Notes: a model not told the origin generated them from the letters alone. Positions 33,147 to 43,217 are shown, counted from the stretch's first letter. The stretch is 64,000 bases of DNA from an uncultured Planctomycetaceae bacterium (GCA_963785305.1 CAWAUV010000007.1:736001-800000); one strand, 5' to 3'. Numbers and translations are program-made.

Positions 33147-33848
33147 TCACACGACATCGACAAGGGCCGCGCAGGCGTTGCTGACCGGCTGGCGGCCTTC
33201 GTCCGTCCTGGAGTTCGGCACGTGAAATACCCTGAAGAACAATGTCGTGGCGCCCCGCCAAGGGTAGTCCTGGTCGGGACGCTTGATCGGAGCGAAGCTG
33301 AATGAAAAACCCCCTTCCGCTTGAAGCCGACAAGTTGGGTAAAACCAGCATTTCACGCGGGCTTTCCCGTGAATCGCATATTCCATTTCAAGAGCATACG
33401 GAAGGGATACGTTCCCACTGGCGGAATACTGGCAAGAACCGACGACCGGATCGCATCCCTGGAGAGTTGTTCCGCCCGCGAGCCGTACATTGTAAAGGGT
33501 CAGCAACGTCGGGCCGCCAGGATCGGGGAGCTGGCATGGGTTGCCCTCGGTGCAACTCATCCAGGCCGGCTTCACCCCGAAACTTATCGCTTGGCCGCGA
33601 CTGAGCGAAAAGATGAACAATTCGTTCGCGAAGCAATGCACCAGGCGCGCCGTGGGCTGACGCATCAGCTTCGAGCCGATCAGCAAGTAGAAATCGATCT
33701 TCTTGCGAACGGCTGCATCGAAACTCCGCAGGAAGTCCTTTCGGACCACGGGATCCGGGATATGGATCGTCGCCCATTTGTCAGCCAGATCGCGAAGCAT
33801 GCTGCGTGTTCTCGGCCATCTTGAAATGTTCCCTCTAGTTTCTCCCAA
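33147..33848 (-). CDS. Hypothetical cargo protein (opposite strand)
   Basis: 233-aa ORF antisense to the backbone with more AT-rich codons; possibly 5'-truncated. Confidence 0.5.
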   Translation of the reverse strand: MGETRGNISRWPRTRSMLRDLADKWATIHIPDPVVRKDFLRSFDAAVRKKIDFYLLIGSKLMRQPTARLVHCFANELFIFSLSRGQAISFGVKPAWMSCTEGNPCQLPDPGGPTLLTLYNVRLAGGTTLQGCDPVVGSCQYSASGNVSLPYALEMEYAIHGKARVKCWFYPTCRLQAEGGFSFSFAPIKRPDQDYPWRGATTLFFRVFHVPNSRTDEGRQPVSNACAALVDVV

Positions 33849-33948
33849 GAAAAGTCAAAGTCAAATCGTCGTAGGACCTTGCCGAATCCGCTATCGCGGG
33901 GTCCCTGAAAATATCTTTCCTTCAAGACAAAGCCTGGAGATGGTTCTC

Positions 33949-34980
33949 ATGAGCACATTACTCGATGAATCCCCCACGTCCGAGACGGTCGATCCTTCGG
34001 CCGCTCGCCTGCGCGCCTCGATGGCCGCCGCGCGGGTCGCGTTTACGTGGCTTGGCACGCGCAAGACGCTCACGCCCGCGCAGCGCGCCCAAGCCGCCGA
34101 CGCGTTCGGCGCCGAAGGCCAGTTCCTCTCGGCCGGCAAGAAACTGCTGGATACTTCGCATCCGGAGTTCAAAGCGCTGACAACCATCCGGGGTCGCGTG
34201 CTTAGCTTCTGGAAAGGCATCGCGCTACCCTATCCCGAGCCCGGCATTCGTTTGATTCGCCAAGACGACATCGCGGCGTTCGATGTGCAAATGACTTCGC
34301 TCCAGGCCGAACTGGCCGAAGCGGTCGGGCGGCTTGAGGAGCATTACGCCGAACTGCGATCGGCGGCCCGGGAGCGGCTGGGCAGCTTGTTCAACCCGGC
34401 GGATTACCCCGCGACGCTGGACGGCCTGTTCGCGCTGGCCTGGGATTTTCCATCGGTCGAGCCGCCCGATTACCTGCGGCAACTCAGCCCCGAGCTCTAC
34501 CAGCAGGAATGCCAGCGCGTGCGGGCCCGCTTCGAAGAGGCCGTGCGGTTGGCCGAACACGCCTTCACCGACGAACTGGCCAAGCTGGTCGCGCATCTGA
34601 CCGAGCGCTTGAGCGGCCAGGAAGATGGCAAGCCGAAAGTGTTTCGCAATTCGGCCGTCGAGAATCTGAGCGAGTTTTTCGAGCGGTTCCGGCATTTGAA
34701 CGTGCGGTCCAACGAACAGCTCGACTCGCTGGTGGCCCAGGCCCAACGAACCCTCCGCGGCGTCGAGCCGTGGGAGCTGCGTGAGAGCGCGAGCCTCAGG
34801 CAACACGTGGCCACGCAGCTTGCCGGCGTCGAGGCCGCCCTCGCCGGAATGCTCGTCGATCGCCCACGACGACGCATTTTACGCGGGGCGATAAATCCCG
34901 GGGCCGCGAGCCCCGAGGCCGCGAGCCCCATCGCTACGAATCGCGAGGCTTCCACTTCTGGCGTCGAGAGCGAGGGCTGA
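33949..34980 (+). CDS. Conserved hypothetical backbone protein (DUF3150-like)
   Basis: W.GTRKTL, LSAGKKLLD, LPYPEPGIRL, FNPADYP, PKVFRNSAVENL; helical. Confidence 0.75.
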   Translation: MSTLLDESPTSETVDPSAARLRASMAAARVAFTWLGTRKTLTPAQRAQAADAFGAEGQFLSAGKKLLDTSHPEFKALTTIRGRVLSFWKGIALPYPEPGIRLIRQDDIAAFDVQMTSLQAELAEAVGRLEEHYAELRSAARERLGSLFNPADYPATLDGLFALAWDFPSVEPPDYLRQLSPELYQQECQRVRARFEEAVRLAEHAFTDELAKLVAHLTERLSGQEDGKPKVFRNSAVENLSEFFERFRHLNVRSNEQLDSLVAQAQRTLRGVEPWELRESASLRQHVATQLAGVEAALAGMLVDRPRRRILRGAINPGAASPEAASPIATNREASTSGVESEG

Positions 34981-34984
34981 CGCA

Positions 34985-35263
34985 ATGCAATTGATAATTT
35001 CTCCAGCGGGCGAAATTCGCTGCGTCTACGGCGAAGCGATCGACCTCGGGCGACTCGGCGCTCTCGCCATTCGCCGCGCCAGCCATGTCGAGCCCACGAC
35101 CGATGGCCGGTGGCGGGCCGATCTCTCGCCGGTCGCGGGACCGGTTTTGGGCCCCTTCCCGTCCCGCGGCTTGGCGCTTGCCGCCGAAGCCGCTTGGCTC
35201 GAAGCGAACTGGCTCGAAGCTAACGGGCCCGAAGCGAACTGGCCCGCCAAGGGCCGTTCCTGA
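34985..35263 (+). CDS. Small hypothetical backbone protein
   Basis: IRCVYGEAIDL..LG.L.IRRASHVEP...W.ADLSPV.GPVLGPF. Confidence 0.75.
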   Translation: MQLIISPAGEIRCVYGEAIDLGRLGALAIRRASHVEPTTDGRWRADLSPVAGPVLGPFPSRGLALAAEAAWLEANWLEANGPEANWPAKGRS

Positions 35264-35379
35264 AGTCGGAATCGTCGCCTCGACTCTCGAGCGGCGTTTT
35301 TTTGTGATGGTCCTGTTCTTCCTTCCCAGGCCGCGCTCGCGCGCGGCTGTGTTTTATCCAAACAGAAAGGCATTTTCCC

Positions 35380-35574
35380 ATGACCCAAGCCGAACTCGAA
35401 CGTGAACTCTCCAGCGTCACCGGCGAAACACTAGGCACGATCCGCAGTCGCGGTTTCCAACTCGTCGAGCCGCCCGAACTGGAGCCGCTCATGATCGACT
35501 GGGACACGATCTATCCGGTCGAACTTCCCCGCCGAGTCCAGCGGGCGCCGAAACGGCTGAAAGCCGCCGCCTGA
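35380..35574 (+). CDS. Small hypothetical backbone protein
   Basis: MTQAELERELSSVTGETLGTIRSRGFQ; RBS AAAGG. Confidence 0.7.
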   Translation: MTQAELERELSSVTGETLGTIRSRGFQLVEPPELEPLMIDWDTIYPVELPRRVQRAPKRLKAAA

Positions 35575-35671
35575 CACCGCCGTCTGACACCGCGCCGCGA
35601 CACCGCGCGGGGTTCAGCATCGAACCTTCGCTTTGAATTCGATCTTCATTCCATACCCGAGAAAGCATTCC

Positions 35672-35893
35672 ATGAAAATCTTGTTCATCAACAACGACGG
35701 CGGCGGATTCGCCGGTGAAATCGAAGTCGCCGATGGCCAGACCATCGAGCAATTCTTCCAGACGCGCCTGCCCGGCGCCGAAGCGTCCGACTACCTGATC
35801 CGCGTCAATCGGCTCCCCGTGACCGCCCACCAAGTTCTGCGCCCGGGCGACCGCGTGTCGATCACGCCCACCAAGATCGAAGGGGCTCGCTAG
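35672..35893 (+). CDS. MoaD/ThiS-like ubiquitin-fold protein
   Basis: 73 aa: YLIRVNR...LRPGDRVSITPTKIEGAR. Confidence 0.8.
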   Translation: MKILFINNDGGGFAGEIEVADGQTIEQFFQTRLPGAEASDYLIRVNRLPVTAHQVLRPGDRVSITPTKIEGAR

Positions 35894-36172
35894 TTTTGTT
35901 TCATCCGCTCTCGTGGAGCGCGACGAGCGGTTCGCCGCGCTCCACGAGGGCTTTCATTCAGGGCGAACACCACCATGAATCGACCCGCCTCATCCGAATG
36001 AAGTGGTCAATTGGACTCGCCTATCCATCAGCACGGGAAAAGCAGTTCGGTTTCCCCTAAATTACCGCAAGTTGCGGACGCAAAATAACTCTTTTGCGCG
36101 GCCAACTTCTTGCATATGGGATCGTAGCAAGTCGGCGTTGTTCGTTGCTGAAAATAGACAACGAAGCTCGTT

Positions 36173-38431
36173 CTACGCCGCCAACGACTCCGATGCGTCC
36201 AACAATTGATCCATTTCCATCATGGCATGCTGAATCTGCTCGATTAAGCCGCGGAACCGGCGAGCGTTCTCTTCCAGGCTCTTACGTTTGCCCGCGTATT
36301 CGTTTCCGACTTCCGCCCTCACCGCGGATTCAAGCACCGGCCGATACTTCGTCTGCATGATCTCGCTGATTTTCCGCTCGATCTCTTGAATGTTGTTGAT
36401 GACGACCGGAAAAATGTCCTGCGTAATCTGCTCGTGAAACTGCCGGATCTTATCGATGTAGTTCTCGGTCAAGGTCGTACGTATCTGCCGAGTCTTGCCG
36501 GCGAAGTCGCATTCCCGAATCGCTTGTCCCGGATTCTTTAGGCTGTCAAAGCCCATTCGGGCGGCGGACTCCAAGCCCTGGAGTATCTCGTTACCGCCCA
36601 TAACGTACCATGTTTTGGGCTTGAATAGCAGCAACTCATCGAGCTGCGCCGCCAAGCTCATCACAAAACCGTCGACACGCAAGACCAGAGATTCACGCCC
36701 CTGAAGCAATACGTCTTCAAAAGGAGCCAATGCCTCCGCGTTGTAGGCCACGTCTTCGCGAACTTTGACCAGGGCTGTTCGAACGTTCTCGGTTAACTCG
36801 TCTACCACCACTTCGACTTGCTCGCGCACAATCTGGCGGAAGTTGCGTTTGAACATCGTGTTCAGGTTATCGACGATCCGCATCTCGATCTCGAAGTGGT
36901 AGGGATACTTGCGCAGTTCGCGCTCGGCAATGATCTCCTGGTAAATCTGGTAGGCGTCGGTCTCGGGACCGTTGTCGATCTTCCCGCGCAATCGCTTAAC
37001 GAGCTCTTCGTTCTTCTCGCGAAGAATTCCGGTGCGCTTGACGGCCACGTCATTACGCAAATTCTGCAACTGCCGCTTGATCTCCGCCATGCGATCATTA
37101 AACCGATGGTCAAGACGCGTTTCGCGTACTTGCTTCTCTTCGAACGTGAGCGGGCCGCTAATGGCCGCGTCGTCCGCGAGTTTCGTCTGAGTCAGATAAT
37201 GAGCCAGTGGCTCGCAAAAATTAGACCGAGCGCTGTCTATGGCGGAACGAAGCGTCGTTTCACGCAGCCGTGCGTTGAGAAAACCGAGAACCTGCTTCTG
37301 CAGAAACGGAATTTGGCTGTCGCGGAACGCGGTATGGTGGCTTCCTCCGTAGTGCGTTTCGAGCTTCCCCTGATATTCTTTCAAGTGGGATTGTAGCGCC
37401 AGGTCCGCCGGAGAACCGCCTTCGATGGACATCTGAGACAATAGTCCGTGCAGCGCATTGGTGCGAAACGACTGGCAATCGTCTGGCACCGCGAGATCAC
37501 GCATTTTTTCCTCGAATTCACGAATGGTTTGCTGTTGTTGCGGAACGCTCAACGAGTCCCATCGATTCAAAACCCAAAAAGTCTTTTCGGCGATTCGGTT
37601 CTCGCCCGCGCGAAACAACTCCATGATCTCGACGTCATCTTTGTTGAACGGCTGCGGGGCCATAAGGACAAACACGACGGCGTGCGCCTCCTCCCGCACG
37701 AACCGGAATGTGATGGCGCGATGCCGTGGATTCGGGACGCTGACACCCGGCAGGTCTACGAGCACGACATCTGGAGGTATTTCCAGGTCTCGAACGCGCA
37801 GCACAACGCGGTCCATAAACATGGCTTCGGTTTCATCACGAATCTTTTCTTGGGCTTCGGCTAGGCCGACCATCACCATATGGTGCCTTGCGGCCACGGA
37901 GCGCTGGTGACGCGTTTTGTCGAACAATCTGAATTGCTGGACCAGTGCTCGGCCACGGCCTTCCCGAACCAATGGCTCGACCTGTTCCAACAGCTGGGCT
38001 GATGGCAATGTAGCCAGCGATGATTGGCCAAAAAGCTTTGCGATCTCGGTACGATAGAGTTGATCGAGTTCTTCGACTTCGGCTATGTTCAGATAGTGGA
38101 GTTCGGCGCCCTCGACGCCGTCAGCCAAACGGACATAGGTCGGCACGGCCGTGGTTACTTTGGCCGACTCGGGCAGGAGATATCGGCCCAAGAATGCGTT
38201 GACGAGCGACGACTTTCCGGCGTTGAAACCGCCCACGAAAGCAATCGTCAAATCCGCGTTCCGCAGCCGAGCACCGTCGCGGTCCAGCAGCAACATCTTC
38301 TGTCGCACGTCCAGCGGCAAGTTTTTTACGAAGTCAGGGTCGCGGGCCGTCAACTCATCGCGAACGGTGCGCAGGCGATCGATTTGCTCAAGTAATTTTT
38401 GGCGGCCCGCTTGGTATTCAGTCGAATTCAT
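36173..38431 (-). CDS. Bacterial dynamin-like GTPase
   Basis: G1 GGFNAGKS, G2 TTAVPT, G3 DLPG, G4 NRWD, long helical C-terminus; intact 752-aa ORF. Confidence 0.9.
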   Translation of the reverse strand: MNSTEYQAGRQKLLEQIDRLRTVRDELTARDPDFVKNLPLDVRQKMLLLDRDGARLRNADLTIAFVGGFNAGKSSLVNAFLGRYLLPESAKVTTAVPTYVRLADGVEGAELHYLNIAEVEELDQLYRTEIAKLFGQSSLATLPSAQLLEQVEPLVREGRGRALVQQFRLFDKTRHQRSVAARHHMVMVGLAEAQEKIRDETEAMFMDRVVLRVRDLEIPPDVVLVDLPGVSVPNPRHRAITFRFVREEAHAVVFVLMAPQPFNKDDVEIMELFRAGENRIAEKTFWVLNRWDSLSVPQQQQTIREFEEKMRDLAVPDDCQSFRTNALHGLLSQMSIEGGSPADLALQSHLKEYQGKLETHYGGSHHTAFRDSQIPFLQKQVLGFLNARLRETTLRSAIDSARSNFCEPLAHYLTQTKLADDAAISGPLTFEEKQVRETRLDHRFNDRMAEIKRQLQNLRNDVAVKRTGILREKNEELVKRLRGKIDNGPETDAYQIYQEIIAERELRKYPYHFEIEMRIVDNLNTMFKRNFRQIVREQVEVVVDELTENVRTALVKVREDVAYNAEALAPFEDVLLQGRESLVLRVDGFVMSLAAQLDELLLFKPKTWYVMGGNEILQGLESAARMGFDSLKNPGQAIRECDFAGKTRQIRTTLTENYIDKIRQFHEQITQDIFPVVINNIQEIERKISEIMQTKYRPVLESAVRAEVGNEYAGKRKSLEENARRFRGLIEQIQHAMMEMDQLLDASESLAA

Positions 38432-38901
38432 GCGTGCTTTCTCCGAGGCTTAAATATTATTCGGGATTTGAGGACGGCGCTACGGAAACCAGCCGTGAGC
38501 GCGCCGTCCGCTGTCAGTAGCGTGCAAATCGCTCTAATGCCAACGCGAGAAGAAGCGCCGACCCATGAGAATTGCTTCGTGACAGCCATGCGGATTCCCA
38601 CACCTCGATCAGCGATCGGGAGGTGTGGCCAGCGATAGATCGTTCCGAACACGGTGGGACGAACACAACGCTTGCGACGCCCGATTGATTTGTCGCTGGT
38701 GGCGTTTTGGTTTGGTTGTTTGACAATCCAGCCATGATATACCGTCATTTTGATGCTTCGGCGACGAATCGCCCGTGAAATGTTCAGTATCTTCAAGGGT
38801 TGCAGCGATTGAACCAGCGCGAATAATGTGTCGCGGTGCGTTCGTGCCTGCAAGAAGAGCCTCTGCTCTTTGAAAACGTCGATTGCGCCGCCGATCCATT
38901 G

Positions 38902-39620
38902 CTATTCGAGCCCGGAGTCTGCATTTAGAGCCTGATTCACCTTTGCTCGCGCGGCGTGATACCGTTCGGACCGATCGATGAGGGCGAGCAGCTTTTGGGC
39001 CGCGAACTGCCGTCGGCGATAAACGGTCTCATAAATCTGGTCCATTGCGACGTCGACAGCGATCAAGGTAACCACGACGACTCCGACCATTAATTTGCTG
39101 ACTGGTTCCGGCGAGAAAGTCGAATACGCGGCCAGATACAATTGGCAACCGCGCAAGCCTGTTTTCGTCGCGAGATAATCGCCGCCGACTTCGTTCCGCA
39201 AATACCGTTCGACATCGCGGTATTCCCAATAGCTTGCTCCCGCCACGTCCAGGATCGCAAATGACTTTCCGATTGCCGGGGCGGAACCTTGGGTCGCCAC
39301 CGGAATTGCCGCCTTGCCGCCGTGTAACGCCGCCGCCGCGGTTTTCCAACTCTCCCAAGCAGCACGCCTCGCTTGCCTGTCTACGTATTTCAGGGAAGGA
39401 AGCGACTTGCCAAGCCATTGTCGTGGTATCGTGCCATCGTCCAAAGCGGATCGTACCCGCTGCCACTTCTCCGCGAGCACGAGCCCACGCCGCGCTGCCT
39501 TGGCTTCCTGCGATTCCAGTTGGGACTCGACAACCTTTATCGCCTCGCGATTGAATATCTCGGCCCCCCAGTGGAGGCCGACACCCCATAGTAGCGGCGA
39601 ATCGCGAGGCCAGCAATCAG
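38902..39620 (-). pseudogene. 5'-truncated hypothetical cargo gene with TM segment
   Basis: ORF 38902-39480; the frame stays open upstream to about 39620 with no clear start; TM LMVGVVVVTLIAVDV. Confidence 0.45.
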
Positions 39621-39781
39621 GCGGCTCGCGAAATCGCTTGGCGCGCCGATGCCCCGGTAGACGCCCGGCTACGCCGAATTTCTCCCCCTACCGCCCGTCA
39701 AAACTCCCAGCAACACCCCGCCGTGGCGGCCGAGGGTCTTTCTCGGCTTGCCGCGGCTTTTTCGTTTTCAAGGAGCATTGC

Positions 39782-41305
39782 ATGATCGCCATTCCAAAAT
39801 CCGTTCTCAAATCGTTTCGCGCCATGGCCAAGCGACTGTTCGGCCGGGCTCGCCATGAAAGCGTCTGGCTCTCGGTCGTCGCCGCGCCGGAGGTGCTTGT
39901 TCTCCGCGCGGCCCGAGGCGACGCGGCGCTCGAACACCGCCTGCGGGGCCGGTTCGAGCCGGCGGAGTTTCATGTGCTTCTGGAGCAGCTCGCCGCGTGC
40001 GAGGCCAAGTCGCCGGAGCTGGTGAGCTTCGCGCCCGGCGCCGAGAGCGTCACGTTTCAGTGGCGGCATCGCGGCATTCCCCAGCAGGCGTTTTGTCGGC
40101 GGCCTGCCAAGGAACTGCCGAGCCATCCCGCACGGCCCGTCGAAGTTTGGAGCACCGACGCCGGCCTGCTGGCGCGCTCGGCGATGCCACCGACACGACC
40201 GATCCGCATGCCGGCCGTTATGCCTTGAGTTGTCTCGCGCTTCGCGGCGGGTCGGGCAGCATCGCGGCCTCCGATGGCCGGCAACTGCTCGTGCGGCGAG
40301 ACTGCGAGTTTCCCTGGACGGGAGACTTGCTGATCCCGGGCAGTCCGGTGTTTCGCGCCGGAGTTCAGCGACGATGGACCGATCGCGATCGGGGCCACCG
40401 ACCAGCATGTGACGGTCGGCGGCGATACATGGACCGTCTGGCTGCCGATCAACAAAGAAGGCCGTTTCCCCCAGGTCGACAGCATCGTCCGGCCCCAGGC
40501 CACGGCGCTCAGCCGCTGGACGCTGGCCAAGTCCGACGCCGAATTCTTGTTGCCGCGGCTCGACGATCTGCCGGGCCGAAACGCTCCGGATCGGCCGATC
40601 ACGCTGGGCCTGAATGGCCACGTCGCGCTTCGGGCCAGCGGCGACGAGCAGCCCCGGCCGCTGGAACTGACGCGTACGAACAGTTCCACCAGCGGCGATC
40701 CGGCCTCGGTCCACATGAACCGCAGCTATCTAGCGCGGGCACTGCGGCTGGGCTTCGACCAGTTCGCGTGCTTCGGCCCAGGCGCCGCGATTCAGTGCCA
40801 CGATGATCGCCGCACCTATCTTTGGATGGGGCTCGAAGCGGAGAAAACGGCGGGCGAGGCGATCGATCCCGTGCGCATCGAGTCGCCCGCCGCGAGCGCC
40901 GGGGTTTCAGTTCACCGTCCTCGAGCCCGGGAGAAAACCATGCCTCGGAATACAAACGCCCCGACTGAGTCTTCAATGGCCGGTGCGCCGGCCACGCGAA
41001 GCGCGATCGCGGAAGGCTCAATCACACGAAGCCCAATCGCGCAAAGCTCAATCCCGGAAAGCACGAACATGCAAAACACGATGACAGACGATCCGGCGGC
41101 CAGCCGAAAGTCTCGCCAGCGTTCGGCGCCGGCCGCCACGGCCAAGACGCCTTTCGTGCAGGCGATCGCGCTCCGCGACACGTTGCACGCGGCCGCAAAA
41201 CTCGCCAATGAACTGGCCCGCGAGTTCAAGCACCAGAATCGCCAAAACAAGGTCTTCAAGAACACGCTGGAGTCGCTCAAGTCGCTACAGAAGATGGCGA
41301 GCTAA
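39782..41305 (+). CDS. DNA polymerase III beta-clamp-like protein with C-terminal extension; frameshifts near 40170 and 40370
   Basis: RYALSCL...ASDGRQL, EGRFPQVDSIV and MNRSYLARAL parallel DnaN motifs (RY.LNG, ATDGHRL, DG.FPDY..VI, FN..YL.DAL). AGGAG RBS. Confidence 0.6.
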
Positions 41306-41397
41306 CCGCCTGTCGAAATAACGATGCAAGTCGTTGTTGCGAGCCGCGGCGGCGCGAGCCGTGCGACCAGCGGATTCGAACTTGGAAAGGAATATCA

Positions 41398-41913
41398 ATG
41401 CTCAAACTCAACATCGGCTTCAACCGCAAGTCGGGCGAAGCGAACTACGGAAGCCGCGGGGCCTCGGTGAACCTCGAACTCGAATGCGACGCGGGCCTCG
41501 CTTCCGAACCGGACCGGCTGCGCGAACGCATTCGATTCTTGTTCGGACTGGCCAAAGCATCCGTCGAAGAAGAATTGAACGGCCCATACGCGAGCGGCCA
41601 AAACACGAGCAACCACGCCGCCAATGGCCACGCGGCGGCGGCTTCGTCGAACGGCAGCGGCCATGGCAATGGTCATGGCAGTGGTCATAGCAACGGTCAT
41701 GTCAACGGCCAGCGCCGCGACGGCACGAGGCGGGCCACGGCGAGCCAAGTGCGCGCCTTGTTCGCCATCGCCGATCGGCAAGGCATCGAACTTGGCGATC
41801 TCCTGCGATCCCGTTACGGCGTCGCCCAAGCCGACGAGCTCGCCATCACCGAAGCCAGCGCGCTGATCGACGATCTCAAGGGACAGTCCCAGCAGCCCGG
41901 AGGTCGGCGATGA
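41398..41913 (+). CDS. Hypothetical backbone protein
   Basis: KSGEANYGSRGASVNLELE, an NGH-repeat linker, and RRATASQVRAL...ASALIDDLK. Confidence 0.8.
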   Translation: MLKLNIGFNRKSGEANYGSRGASVNLELECDAGLASEPDRLRERIRFLFGLAKASVEEELNGPYASGQNTSNHAANGHAAAASSNGSGHGNGHGSGHSNGHVNGQRRDGTRRATASQVRALFAIADRQGIELGDLLRSRYGVAQADELAITEASALIDDLKGQSQQPGGRR

Positions 41914-42968
41914 TCACCGTCGACCGTGGCACGCCCAGCCGAGCCCTACCTAGCAGTACTCTGCCAAACCAAGCTACGCCCAACCTGATCGCCGAAAATC
42001 TGACTTCGACTTTCGCGGTTTTCAAAAGTTCCGATAGCCCGATTCGTCGTGGTTTCTCCGATTTCGGCGCGTTTCCGGCAACCTTCGGCCTCTCGGTAAC
42101 ATGCAAAAATTGGCAGTTCGGCCGTCAAACTGTGCAAAACCCACGAGAAATCGGCGATTCGAGTGCTAGCAAAAAACGCGAAACTTGAACTGACCGGCCG
42201 GAACTATATCAGTTATTCGGCGATCGGCACGTATCAGGCATGCCCGCTCCGTTATTTCTTTCGTTATGTGGCCGGGCTGCCCGAGCCGACCGTTTCCAGT
42301 GGCCTGATTTTCGGCGGCGCAATGCACAAAGCCATCGAACTGCACTTCAATCGATTGATGGCCGGCGAGCCGCCGCCGGACATCGACCTGCTGCTGGCCG
42401 AGTATCAGGATGCTTGGAATCAGCGCGCCGACGGCGAGATTCTCTTCGGCAAGGACGAAACTCGCGACACGCTCGGCCGGCTCGCCGAACGCATGCTGCG
42501 GGCTTTTCGGACCAGCGAACTGGCTCGGCCCGCGGGCACGGTCATCGGCGTCGAGGAAGAACTTCGGGGCGCGATCGTGCCCGGCTGTCCCGACCTGCTG
42601 GCCCGCGTCGACTTGCTCATCGACACGCCGGCCGAACTCGTCGTCACGGATCTCAAGACCTCGCGCGGCCGCTGGAGCCAGGGCCAAGCCGACGCCGCCG
42701 CCGAGCAACTGCTGCTCTACAGCGAACTCGTGGGCCGCCTCATGCCCGGCAAGCCGACTCGGCTGGAATTCGCGGTGATCTCGAAGACCAAGCAGCCGAC
42801 GGTCGATCGCCTGGCGGTAGCCTGCGCCCGGCGCGCGTCGAACGAACCAAGACGGTCGCCGATCGCGTCTGGCGGAGCATCGCCGCCGGCCATTTTTATC
42901 CCAGCCCCTCGCCCCTGAATTGTTCGGCCTGCGCCTTTCGCGAGCCATGCCGTGACTGGCGGGGATGA
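41910..42968 (+). pseudogene. PD-(D/E)XK nuclease, Cas4/AddB-like with Fe-S cysteines, disrupted by a MITE
   Basis: ISYSAI..YQACP, RVDLL, DLKTS, QLLLY; C-terminus CSACAFREPC after a shift near 42822. The N-terminus AENL/TGRNY is split by a 190-bp insertion. Confidence 0.85.
42005..42189 (+). mobile_element. 185-bp MITE, copy 1, TSD CTGAC
   Basis: CTGAC at 42000-42004 and 42190-42194. Imperfect TIRs TTCGACTTTCGCG / CGCGAAACTTGAA. Inverted copy at 48500-48684. Confidence 0.93.
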
Positions 42969-43009
42969 ACGCGACGAACCGACAGTCTGTAAACCGTGAC
43001 CGCAATCTA

Positions 43010-43048
43010 CCCGTCCGCGCCGCAATCCACGGCGCGGGCGGTTTTTTT
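43010..43048 (+). terminator. Rho-independent terminator ending the backbone operon
   Basis: CCGTCCGCGCCG-loop-CGGCGCGGGCGG followed by TTTTTTT. Confidence 0.8.
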
Positions 43049-43217
43049 AGCTATTGCGAGAATTCGCACCCCGGCCCGAGCGCTCGTCGGCACGAAAGGT
43101 TTCAATGACTTTGCCGCTTCAAAAAAAGCGAGCTTCACGGCAAACGCCGCATCGGACTTTCCCGCGCCGACCATGGAAGTCGCCCGCACGAAAATCAACA
43201 ACACTTTCGTCGCATCC

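Larger units (their letters stand above)
26193..43050 (+). mobile_element. Integrative element with large serine recombinase (right boundary uncertain)
   Basis: att-like sequence, recombinase, co-directional backbone ending in a terminator near 43010-43048, and opposite-strand cargo. No conjugation or virion genes seen. Confidence 0.75.

Noticed and set aside
38428..38853. 141-aa ORF overlapping the dynamin start
   Set aside because: No recognisable motifs or convincing start; probably promoter or degraded sequence.
41910..42968. CRISPR-associated cas4
   Set aside because: No cas1/cas2 or array nearby; solo Cas4/AddB-like nucleases are common in mobile elements.
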